A stretch of DNA of 57,023 nucleotides, counting the filler, from Platydemus manokwari (taxonomy: Eukaryota), in the NCBI GenBank assembly GCA_037951405.1. It is 5 parts of 5 records of this genome, joined end to end, with 100 filler letters (N's around TTAATTAATTAA, not from the genome) between each part and the next. Parts side by side here need not be neighbours in the genome. Positions count along the whole stretch, not along the records: positions 1 to 10,526 come from JBBMOY011126885.1; positions 10,627 to 23,484 come from JBBMOY011939160.1; 3 more parts are not named here. One strand, given 5' to 3'. Of this stretch, positions 1 through 11,899 are shown piece after piece (position 1 is the stretch's first letter; each line of letters opens with the position of its first letter). The notes under the pieces are model-generated. The model was not told the origin of the DNA. It did no database searches and worked only from the letters and a program-made list of their open reading frames with translations. Made by a program: the position numbers and the translations under genes.

Positions 1-1816
1 TCTTCAAACTGAAAATTTAACCGAATAATTTAAACAAGAACCCTTTATAAATATTAATATGCTATATTTATTTTCAATATAATTTTTTAAAAATATCCTT
101 TGGTTCAATTTTTAATAATTTTAAACCTATGTGAAATTTTATTATTCATCAGATTTTTAAATAAATCTCATAGAGATAATTAAGTATTTAAAGAAAAATG
201 GAACTCAGAAACGTAACATTTAATCGGTAGCGATCTTAAGATGACATTGATTTGTGGTCCAGACGATTTATTTTTTCTATAAATTCATTTCGTAACTTAT
301 ATTTTTCCGATCTTATAACCTTTTATAAATAAAATAAATATTTTTAAAAACTACTTTTTGTAAATAGAATTTGAAAATAGAATATTATTTGTTGTCCATA
401 CTTTATTGACGATATTGGTTGGTTAAAAAATAAAGAAATGATCCAATCTAAAATTCACTAACAACGTCTGCTGAAAACAACACTTCGATTGCAACATTTT
501 CTTTGATACTTTGACAATGGCATTAATAAATTTTCAATAAATAACTTCACCAAATTGCTGACCAAATGCTATGTAACAGTTAAAGAAAAAGAATTTTCCA
601 TAAATAATTTCCAATTCCGAGCAATTTTGATTTGCGATTTTATGGTTGTGTTAAAATAAGAAGGCCGTCGAAAACATTGGAAGTCATTATTTCAAGAGAA
701 TTGATCTTGAAAGTCAGTATCATATTATCTTTATAAAAAGTCTCCAAGCATAAAACTCCAGAACAAATGTGATATTTACCATTGGCAACACTTGAAATTC
801 TTTCAAAATAGTGTACTACATTACCAAACAGAATCGATCAGGGTTCTGATTCCTTTGAGTTACTAGTTCATGAACAAATTTAAACAATTAATTATCCTAA
901 ATTGTGTTTTATAACCAATCTGAAATAATATATAATAAATCATTTTTCAAAGTATCTCAAATCCAGAGCATTAGTTTCTTAGAAAATTTTCAGCAATTAT
1001 TTGTATTTTTTATTCTGAATACTTCTTCAATCCATTTCTTATAAGTTACCGTAAAAATCGTAAAATCACACGGAAAGAAATAAATGCAAATTATCAGAAT
1101 GATTATTTTCTAAGAGAATTATATATCTAACAAATTGTAATATTTTAAAAATAAAACGTCACTTTGAAACTTCAGTTGGCCTGGGGATCATTTTCATTTA
1201 TTATTATTTATTTATATTGAATTGCCACCATTATTGGCAGTCATTGGAATAAATTGACAATAACCGAATTAACACAATAGATATTTAATGCATCATTTGA
1301 AATCAAGGTAATAAATTATATTACTGATAAAGCATTGCCAGAAAAACTACTACCGCATAAAACTATCATAGTTTTGATAATATTTTTTTACTTTAGTTTA
1401 TTATAAATGATTTATCTTTTCATCACATCGGTTTTTTGTAATTATTAACAATCATATTCATAATTCATGTAGTAAACTGAATTTTATCTATCATGTTGTA
1501 AAATATTATTTACAATAATTTATTTATTAATTCTTTAAATTCAATGTGTAATTTTAAATGATATTTCACTTAAATATAACATCAATATTTCCTTTTTTAC
1601 TGGACTATTATAATTATGCCTGTGTATAAGCTCATTGAAATATTATTTCTGATATTATCATTAACATTTTAAAATTATTACATACACGACATCCCATTTT
1701 ATAAAACTCGATATAAACAATATTATCTTTTATGGAAATTACTAAAGCCATTGTGCAATTTAGTTTTCAAATATTTTTATAATAATAATGCAAATTTCGA
1801 TATAGTGGTTATAAAC

Positions 1817-1840
1817 TATATATATATATATATATATATA
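1817..1840. repeat. (TA)12 microsatellite
   Basis: Directly visible. Confidence 0.95.
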
Positions 1841-1928
1841 TTCTTAAGCTTAAATTTTTAATATTTCGTACTTTCATATATTTTAATTTAAAGCGAGATA
1901 TTATTTATTTAATTTTTTTATTATTTAG

Positions 1929-2908
1929 TAACTTCAGTGTTGGAAAATAAATTTGACCAAGCAAATCGGTAAGTTTTGGTTAATTTTAGTATTTTTTTCA
2001 TGATATTTTTGTATGACTGAATTCGGTTAATATCAACTCACTAGATACAAATATAATGATAGATAGCCGATTCCACTAAAATCTTATAAAGTTAATTAAA
2101 AAAAATTACAAATACGAGTCATAAACTAGTAATATAACAATTCATATACAAAAAGACATCTTAGTATACTAGAAGTGGTTTTTGTCAAACGTGATAATTA
2201 TTTAAACTTAAAAGTTTTTTATGATATTAAATTAAATAAATTAACTGAAATAGTGTATTGTCTAATTAGATGACAAAGACTTTGCACTGGTTCCAGTATA
2301 AGTCGACAATAATTCGATCATTAAACTCATGGTATCAATGTATAAGTGTGTGTGTGTGTGTGGAAAATCATTGGTCAAGTATTTCACATTGTTTCTGGGA
2401 GAATTTTTTCTCCACATTCTTTCAATACAGATCAATTCCATGAGTTAGAAATATGATGAATAAACCAATAATAAACAGTGAAAATGATAAAATATTCAGA
2501 TAAAAATAAATTTGATTATTATCATCAGTTATTGCTCTGGAAAATTTATTCAAAATTTAACGATTTATTTTCTAATTTAGATTCAACTCGCTATTGTCCA
2601 GCAATTATTCCAGTCCATTATTAAATATTTTATTTCCAACAGCGCAAAATAATGCATTACTCCAACCTATTCTATCTCAGTCACCATATTCCAATTCTCT
2701 TTTGAATCCATCAATTACCATTCCACTGTTGTCACAATCTAATAATTGCTATTTAAATCTATCAAGAAATCCACCGATCGATCAATATTTGAATTATAAC
2801 CTTCCCTTCAATGGTTGCCAAAAGGTTCCAAGCAGTCCACAATTTATACATTTCAGCCCTAACAATAAAGTGCTGTTGAAATCAGAAGTAAATGAATTGA
2901 ATTGTTGA
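1929..2908 (+). CDS. Probable last two coding exons (1929-1968, 2581-2908) of an unidentified gene starting before the window; Ser/Pro/Asn/Leu-rich C-terminus
   Basis: tttag|TAACT...AATCG|gtaagt micro-exon (40 nt) joins in phase to the aatttag|ATTCAAC acceptor at 2581. The join reads TSVLENKFDQANR-FNSLLSSNYSSPLLNILFPT...NELNC*, matching ORF 2594..2908. No recognisable domain. Confidence 0.45.
2346..2361. repeat. (GT)8 microsatellite
   Basis: Directly visible. Confidence 0.9.
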
Positions 2909-5900
2909 TAAATATATTATGAGAACAAACATTTGGTGAGCAGTTTTGTTGGTCATGGAGGGAGCTTGGTTTGCAATTTCTAATTTAAGCAAATATTTTT
3001 TCAGCGATAACAATCAATTATTTGTAAGCGACGGATTGTAAATAATTGTTTTTAGATTCGATAAGAATTTAGAATTTACTTAGTTCTTTTCAAGTTAAAA
3101 TATATTCGTTCAAGCTGACCTGAAAAATGACAGTAAATTACTTTAAACAAATTTAAAATATTTTGTTTGGAATTTTTTGTAATGAAGATATTAGTTGTTT
3201 ACTTATTAACTTTTTAAATTCTCAATATTTTTATTTGATTGAGTGGTTATAGGGAAGTTTATCTTGCAGAGCTAGGTCACCTGTAACCTTTATTAATTAA
3301 TCAAATTATATTAATTATATAATTATGAAAATTTAAGTCCAAGACTATAGCTAGAAAATCAGTAGTATGTTAGAAAACCCAATTAATGAAGTCACATACC
3401 GTGATCTTGATTAATAACGAAAAGATTATCTGTCGTTTATTTGCAAATCAAGATTGAGATTAAAAATAATTATTAAATTAATTAATCAGAAGATTTTCAC
3501 ACAAAATAAATTAATCAATGTCATTTTAAAAGATATGTACACATTCTTTTCGTGTGTTAATTCTAGATTCCTTACCATTTCTGTTAAATTCATAACCCAA
3601 ATATATTCAAACATTTACTCTATCTTTTGGAAATTCGCATCAGATCATTATCTGTTTAAGAAACATTTGAACTCTGTTACGGCTTTCACTGTTTTTACTA
3701 AAGTTGATCAATACCATGGATGTGGACTTTACTGCTACTATTAATTAGCTGCTATTATTTAATTAAATACGTGTGGTAAATTATTTAAGAAGTTCAGTAA
3801 AAAATATATGTATCGGGAATTTTAATCATTTATTTTTTATTTAAAAATCATTTATAAAAGTTAAAAATTCTCAATATTTTCTCATCAGATAAATAAAAAA
3901 AATTGCAGTCCATTTGAAATCAGAAATATCAATTAATTATCATTCTGGAAAAAAATAAACTTTCTATCATTTACTGGGCATTGGAAAATAATAAAATCAA
4001 AAATGAAGTTGCTTCGTTTAATATTCGATAAATAAAGATATTCATCTTATTATCTCATAAAATTTAATGGACAGACCTTGTTAGACGTCATGACCCTGTT
4101 GGGATATGAGTTGAGGTAATTGTATCTTTCATTCTCCTACTCTAGTAATAAATACGAATTGAAATTATATTTATAATTAGAAAAATTATATTCCTTTATT
4201 TCAGCACTGCAATCCACCAAACTATCCATTGATGCAACTTCATTCAACTCCAACGATTTATCCGAAATTGCCATTCAATGACTGACGATGCCTTAAAAGA
4301 AAGAAATGATTCATCATGATTTTGCCTTTGTTTAATATTACAAAACAACTTTATCATAATAATAATTATTGTTAAATGCTGATATTTCACTTTATGTTAA
4401 ATATATTTTAACTATTCAATTTTTATTTTTAATTTCTCCAAATGACATAACTCGTTTTAAAAGAAATGAATTGGATCGATTTATAAATTCTAAAATTTCC
4501 GAATCAAATCCTAATCGCAGCTCTTTTCTTTTCAATTGATTAGCTTTGTTATATTCAAATTATTATGCGACTAATTAGTTAAATTGATTTTAATAATAAA
4601 ACTGTTGAGATTTATTATATACTTGATGGTCAGGAATTAATGCCATAAGTTAATGAAGGAAATAATGTTTTTTAAACTATTAAAAGGTTGGTACCTAATG
4701 AAAAAACTAATAAGGAGATTTACCAAATGCCATCGTAAGATTGCAAGACTAGCTTAGCCTTAAACTTAATTAATAAATTAAATTATATAAATAATATAAC
4801 TGTGAGAATTCAAGTAAAAGATTATAGCTAAAAGATCAGTAGTTGTTCTTAGGCCCTTCAATAGATATCTGATTCAATAAAAAAATTATTTCTGTCTTGG
4901 TTCTTTATATTAATGACTTGGACGGAATTCACACTACTCAATATATTATCATTCGTCCTGCCTCCTCTTGGAAAACATTTTATAATTATAATTTATAGAT
5001 CAATATTAAAACGTGTGATAATCACAATATCCATAAATGAAAACGCATAAAACTTTAAAAGCTTAAAACATATATTAGGGCTGCGGAACAAGATCATGTT
5101 TACCGGATAATCAAAATCTGATTTTTGTAACAAAAAATTATTTAAGATTCATTTTTATATTTATTTCAAAAAAACAATGTAAAATTTCTATCTCTGCTAT
5201 AAGATAAATTTTTTATCCTTTAACCATTCTTTAAATCAAAGTTTAAAGAACACTTGTATATTAAATAAAAATAGTAGCAGGTACGTGCAGGCAAGCCATT
5301 TATTTTGGTTAAGTGATCTTGAGTTCGAAACCATTAAATATGATTTGCCACTTTCTAACAGCAATAAACAGTTACCATAAAGCCAGTTTAATGATTGACT
5401 ATTCATTGGAATCGGTAAAAATTCAATTAGAAAATCTAAACAGTCCTTTAAAGAGAAAAATATAAATCAGTTTCTTATACATATAAGAAAATCTTAGTTT
5501 GATTTACTTTTTAAATGAGCTTTTGCAGTCTAATAAACTTCTAAAATCTCAAAATAATATTTGATACGTTTTGGGGTCACTCGCTTTTTATGATTTATTA
5601 TTCTTTCTTTTGATTGATCGATTCTACGTCTTATAAGTACTCTGAGTCCGTCTTGACCCTCAGGTAGTATTATGACCTCATGAGTTTTGTTGTTTATTCG
5701 CCTCGACGATCCCAACTTATATACAGATAAGCGGATCGGTGTAGAAATCGATTTTAGTTTTGTAATTACTTCTATTATTGTCCTTTTTACGGTTTTTGAT
5801 TTTTGATGTTATTGATTCTTACTATCAGTCTCGCTTAAGGTGATTAATGATAATGAATTATATATATGATGAAATTGTGATGTCTTAGGCCTACTGGCAG

Positions 5901-7937
5901 ATTTAAAACCAACTCAATGTTTGTATCACAATGATTTATTATTAATTACAATTATACACCAATTGCTACTTCTATACAATTATGGGGTTATAAATTACTA
6001 CTTGTACGGTACTGTACACAATTATTAACAATGAAAACGATATACAATGATTTTATACAACTACTTTTATACACATAAACGACGGAATTTTTATACAATT
6101 CAGGCAAGCAGATGTTGGACAAAACAGTTACCCTTCGTGCTATTGGGCCAATGTCCTTTTCTTTAGAGGTTTTTCCTAGCTCGGCTCGATAAATAGGAAG
6201 AATATGCGTTATAAATAATTGAATATGTGATTTTAAATGTATTATCTTACTGTGTTTTCTTCAAGTAGAAAATACTGGGCATATCCAAATCCCCGTCCCA
6301 GCAATGAATCGTCGATGTTACATTCGGGTTCTTGTAAAAATTTGCCTATCGTGTTCAGGAGTTCTCGTATCGTATATCGTGCCCTTATATTGTGCGATTC
6401 CATGATAACAGCCACTGGCTTATATTTGCAGCGGTGAGTCATTCACAGATATTCTCTGTGAATTTAATTTAATGCCGTGCATATATGTTTAATGCACCTC
6501 GATTTATCGTGGCAGAGAGAAATTCTCTGAAATTAATACTACTAAAGCAGAGAGATTTTCTCTGCGAATAATAATGCACGGCAATTTATTTTATTTAATG
6601 CATGGCTATTATTTTATTTAATTCATGGATATTAATTTATTTCAGCTGGATATTTTATTCGCAGTGCGCGATAATTTATTGCGCTGGATTAATTCATAGA
6701 TAAATTCACTATGTGTTTTGTTTTAATCGGTGAATTTATTATAAGGTAATTTTAATGTATTTAATTTTATTATATCAATGTCGGGTTTTCTTATTAATTA
6801 TAGCGATTATAAATTGAGGTTTAAATTATGTATTAAATTATATTATATATAATTATATATTGCTATATAATATTCCCGCCAGTTACTAAATTCCCCTGAA
6901 TTTCCATAAAAAAAATTTTTTCATACAAAAATAAAAATTATATATGCATGCAATTAATGTTAAAAAAGTTTTCATAGGCCCCAAAACCCGCCAGAAGATA
7001 AAATAGACACATCAAAGTTAAAAACTAGTTGAGGATCCTCGATTGGTGTATCTTTTGATTTTTGAAAGTTCTTTGAATTGTGAGCGATGTTGAGACTGTG
7101 ATTAATTACTGATTGTATTTAAATTATTATCAAGAACTCCACGAGTAGTTAAATTAAAATATTCCTAGGTTGATCCTAGTTGAGATTGCAATTGATTGTC
7201 TGAATATTCCATTGGACTGAGTTCCTAAGTCTATTGAAGTTCACTCCAGTATTTGATAAATAGTTTATATTCTTTACGACTTTTTCGATGCTACTACAAT
7301 AATTTTAAACTGAAATTTCTGACCATATTTTTAATATTCGTATTTCATTTGGTACTATTATTGCGATCGTTTAATTCCCCGGTGATGCCATTATTAATCG
7401 ATCTATTTCATATTGCCATCGTTTTTATTCTCATTTCATAATGTTATACTTATTCGATACTTTTCATCTAGTTTGAAATTATCAATTTTTATATAAGTTC
7501 GTAACTGTGAAAAGTTAACTGATTTACTTTCGATGGAAGTTTTCCAGCTTATGGACTGTTATCACGTTCGGTTCGCAATGCTAACGACATAATAATAATT
7601 CAACGACTTAATAAGAATTATTCAATATTAAAATTATTTTTAATCTTTCTTGTCCACAATTGGAAAGTCAAAAAAGAATTGGACCATCTGAAATCTCTCT
7701 TACCAAAGAGCAGTTTTCTACGAATTTTGTTTATTTAACGTTAAGACCTTAACAATTCCTTTATTGTTATACTCGTCTAATGAAAATGCTTTAGAGAAAT
7801 TTTTACTTAATGGTCAATTACAAGAAGTCCCTAGATTGTGACTTTTATGTATCCAAGAAGAACATGTTTTTAATCCTTTAATTTACTCAATTTCTATTTT
7901 TAATGAAATCAATGTAGCTACAGTATAATCGATATTA

Positions 7938-8740
7938 TTAGGTTGTTGCATAAGTTTTCGCCGTTACATGAAACTATTTATTCTACAAAGACTTTTTAAT
8001 GTTTGGTAGTGTTATATACCATTAGAAAGCCCGTGCCGCGCTTCACAAGAATAAAGTAATCGCTCAGCCTATATTATTTTTTCATCGTTGAAGATTAAAA
8101 TGGTGTCTCTAAGTGAATATGAAGCAAAGAAAAGAGTGGATGAGTCCGGGAGAGAAGCCTAAGTCCAGGATCAAGAAAGACCTGGACTCGATCAAGACAA
8201 TTATTTGAGTATGGTGGGATTGAGAATTTCTAATCCATTGGAAAATGGTTTGAAAGAACATGGCCGCACAGAAGATTCTCTATAAAGTCCAATTGCATCG
8301 AGTCAATGAGACAATACAACAAAAAACACCAGATACTCAAAGCTAGCTGATTCTCCTCCATGACAATGCTTGACCACATATCTCCAAAAATGTCAATATG
8401 GCACTGCAAGAGCTCGGTTGCGAAGTCCTTCAAAATCCTTTCAGGCTTCGCTCCTACAGATCACCACCTCTTCGTTTGCCTTTCAAAAAAAATGATGGGT
8501 CTTAGTTTCAAAAATCAGGATCATCTTGAGAATTGATTCAACAACTTCTTCGAGATTCGACCTAAGGATTTCTGGTGAAATGAAATCAACAAACTGGTGG
8601 AAAGATATGAAGAAGCAGTGAACACTGAAGGAGAGTGCACAATCGATTGAAGTGTTATTATTTTTGTTGTTAAAATTATTTGAATTCTTTAAAAGTAAAT
8701 AAATGTTTAAAAAACGGCGGGAACTTATGAAATAACTCAA
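7938..8740 (+). mobile_element. Internally deleted, decayed mariner (Tc1/mariner) element
   Basis: Imperfect ~28-bp TIRs (ttaggttgttgcataagttttcgccgtt / aacggcgggaacttatgaaataactcaa) flanked by TA on both sides. Frameshifted transposase catalytic region: KWCL.VNMKQRKEWMSPGE, VWWD, LLHDNA*PH, APTDHHLF, FW*NEINKLVERYEEAVNTEG. The HTH half is absent. Confidence 0.92.
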
Positions 8741-9299
8741 TAGATAAATTTATTGAACAAATGAAAAGTAATAAGCTACAAAATTTATTTGAACCACGTG
8801 ATACTGTCGATGGGTTACCTGGTAACAAAGGTGTTTCGTGTTCTACTATGTGAGTGCTATCCACATCAAATTCATGATTGGCTATTATATTTTATTATAT
8901 TGATAAATTGTTTGATGTTACGTGGGATTTTTATATCATTATATTTTTATTGGAATTTTATAATTAGCCTTGTCAGCATCATATATAGTTGATAGTTCAC
9001 CAAAACGAGTATTCGAGCTAAAAGCTACTATTTGATTTCCAAAGTTTATTAATCGCCAATTTCCTATTAATTTTAGTTTACAACAAGCTGTTGTTTTAAA
9101 ATTTTGATGAACTGTTTGTTTGGTTCGAAAAATAAGTTTTCTTTTTCACTGTCTAATGTATCAACACAATATATTATAGCGGAACGTGTGGATATAAGCA
9201 ACATTCATTAAATTTATACAAAAGAAGTTTAGACAAGATTTAGAGTTCAAAAATTCAGTATTATATTTCCTAATTGTTCTAATATATCCTTTCCAAACA

Positions 9300-9560
9300 G
9301 ACATTTAAATAGGCAGCCATCCATTTTAATTATTTCATTACTTTCCATCCAAAGTCAATATTTACTAAGGTTCTCTCAATTATTTGTCTTGTCGCCCCCC
9401 CATAGGCTTAATGCTTTCCTCACCATTAGCTACACATGCTTCTTCTTTTTGAATCAGGAATTATTTGGATATTATCGTAATATTCGATATTGAATCAATG
9501 ATTCCATTAGCTTGTGTATTATTTATTTGAATTAATGTGAAGGGTCTTCGACGCATTTTA
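9300..9560 (-). mobile_element. Decayed LTR-retrotransposon aspartic protease fragment
   Basis: Minus strand reads RRPFTLIQINNTQANGIIDSISNITIISK*, resembling the retropepsin RP..I.ING....LIDSGS..TIIS motif, with stops. Confidence 0.5.
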
Positions 9561-10339
9561 TAAGCTAAGTAATCCCAATTGATTTTTTCTTTCTATGTAC
9601 ATATTTACGTTTTCTTTTATTTTTATTCCTGGAGTTTTCTTTTCTTTTAAATAGTTGTGGTATTCTTTATTTTTAGAATGTAAATAATTTTATTAAACGT
9701 GCTTCGTTATGAAGTTTTATTTGGCTAATTTTAAACTTATTTTTGACACATATAGTCCTTTGTAGTTAATCCGATACATCAATTTACCATATTTTACTAT
9801 TAAATCTTGTCTAACAAAACGCATTCCATCGTCTGTTAGTGTTGACATAAAGACAATCGGTGTTTACTTTGTACTAATTTGAAAGACTTTTTTCTTCCCA
9901 CCAGATGTTGCTTCTGAAAATAAACTATTAATCGATTCATTTATGCATCTTTTCGCTTTGATAAAATAGATTTTAGGAAAGCTAAAATACAATTCTGTGA
10001 TTTTACATTGTAAACTAGTACTGATTCTGTTGTCATAAGATTTATTTAAATACAAATTTGATTCATTCGATTCCTGGTATAAAAAGTAACGGTCATTTTC
10101 ATGGTTAGAGACCTTCTTCTTAAATGCTACTTTATATTGTGTAATATCCATTAAAGAATAATTCTTTTCTATTTTTGTTTTGAATCATATACAATTAGGG
10201 TTTCAACTTCATTCCCGATGTCAAATATCATCAGCATTGTCGCAAACATTGTTTCACTCCAAAAGTTTAGAGATAATATTCAGAATTAAGTGTTTTACTC
10301 TTGCTAGGTTTTGATTTTATTAAATATATACAATTGTTA

Positions 10340-10526
10340 TTGGGTCTATAACTTAATAACCGGAATTTTACACCAGATGAAAACATGGAACATTTTGAAA
10401 ATTAGCGAAAAAAACAGCATTTGCGAGAAGTTTTGCTGAGTCACTTTTATGCAAAGAAAACTGCAGCCGAAAGTCATCGTTTACTCGTGAAATTGTATGG
10501 CAAACATGCTCTTGCGAAAACACAAT
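10340..10526 (+). mobile_element. 5' end of a Mos1-like mariner, truncated by an assembly gap
   Basis: TA followed by TIR-like ttgggtctataacttaa. ATG at 10385 gives MEHFEN*RKKQHLREVLLSHFYAKKTAAESHRLLVKLYGKHALAKTQ; KKTAAESHR is the Mos1-type N-terminal HTH motif. Confidence 0.85.
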
Positions 10527-10626
10527 NNNNNNNNNNNNNNNNNNNNNNNNNNNNNNNNNNNNNNNNNNNNTTAATTAATTAANNNNNNNNNNNNNNNNNN
10601 NNNNNNNNNNNNNNNNNNNNNNNNNN
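10527..10626. other. Assembly spacer (44 N + TTAATTAATTAA + 44 N)
   Basis: Fixed 100-nt spacer with a linker that has stops in all six frames. Confidence 0.97.
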
Positions 10627-11899
10627 ATGTTCAATTGTTATCTTTGATTATTACTAAACAAAATAATCACTAAGTTTTGTTTCTATTATTATTATTATTA
10701 TTATTATTAATATGATAATTTTTATTATTTTTTATCATTATTATTATTATTATTCCTAAATTAAGTACTAGACCCATCTTTGAATTTATGATTTACAATT
10801 TCATTATAATTATATTTTCCAAGAATTCTTGCACAACTACCGAAAACAAAAAAAAAAAAGAAAATTATACTAATAAACACTTTAACAATATAATGCAAAT
10901 GTTTATAATGTCTTTTCTTTAAAACTTCAACAAAAATATTCGTCAATTCAGTCGACTTTCAGCCATGTCGTCTATAATGTTCGACACATTCCTTATAAGC
11001 GGAATAATATGTTTGAGATTATGTATAATCAGAAAGATAAAAGATTTAATGATTTTCACATAACCGTTGCACGGCCTTGGGAGAAAACAAAAATACATAT
11101 TAAAATAATCTTCGTCTTTCACAGAAATATTTCAATCGTTTATCACAAAAATACGTAAATGAAATGTTATCTAAGTTAAAATGAGAGGCACAAGTGTTTG
11201 CATGAATATTTATACTATTTCATAAGCTTTGTTGTTAATGTCTATTGTCACATTTTAGGAGTCTTTATTCATATTTTATTTAACCTCGTCAAGCTTTCTC
11301 TGGTGCCATAGCTCGTTATCGATTTCTTTTTATGCAATTTTCCGGTTTAGTTTTATTTCTTTACTTGTTTAATCTTGTTGTTTATTGATTTATCTGTATT
11401 TTCTTTGTAAAGTTTATTAGTTAGGTTATAACTTCTATATTTTCAATATAGACAAAACTTATCCTTATTTTTTCGACAAATTATATTGTTATTTTTCTAA
11501 TAAAAATTTCAAATAACTTCTTTTAAAAGTTTTTGTTTGTTTTGTTGAAATATTTGACCTAAATTTATGAAATCAACAGAGTTGCTGAGAAACAGCATTA
11601 TTCTAATTAAAGAAAAAAGGTTTCAACAATTGACAGTTACAAATTAAGATATCTCTTTGGTTCCTTATTTTAAAACACATAATTGAATTTTATATTAGCT
11701 CGATTAGATGATTACGCAACTAGTTGAGGATAAAGCAGGTTCAGTGCATATTTTCGTCTTAAACTAGATTTTGACTATTTTATATAAGTAATTAAAACAG
11801 TGCATTTAAGAAAGATATAATATAATTAGAAAAGAAATCGTTAATTCAAACAACTACTGTAACAACTACAGTTATAATTCGAAACTGCCTAAAAAATTT

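Noticed and set aside
4090-4290. Possible small spliced gene (gtaatt...ttcag intron 4116-4204)
   Set aside because: All frames stop within about 30 codons and no homology is recognisable.
10571-10582. Recurrent TTAATTAATTAA motif (also 23529, 33101, 46902) as a biological repeat
   Set aside because: It is always centred in a 44N/44N spacer, so it is an artificial linker.
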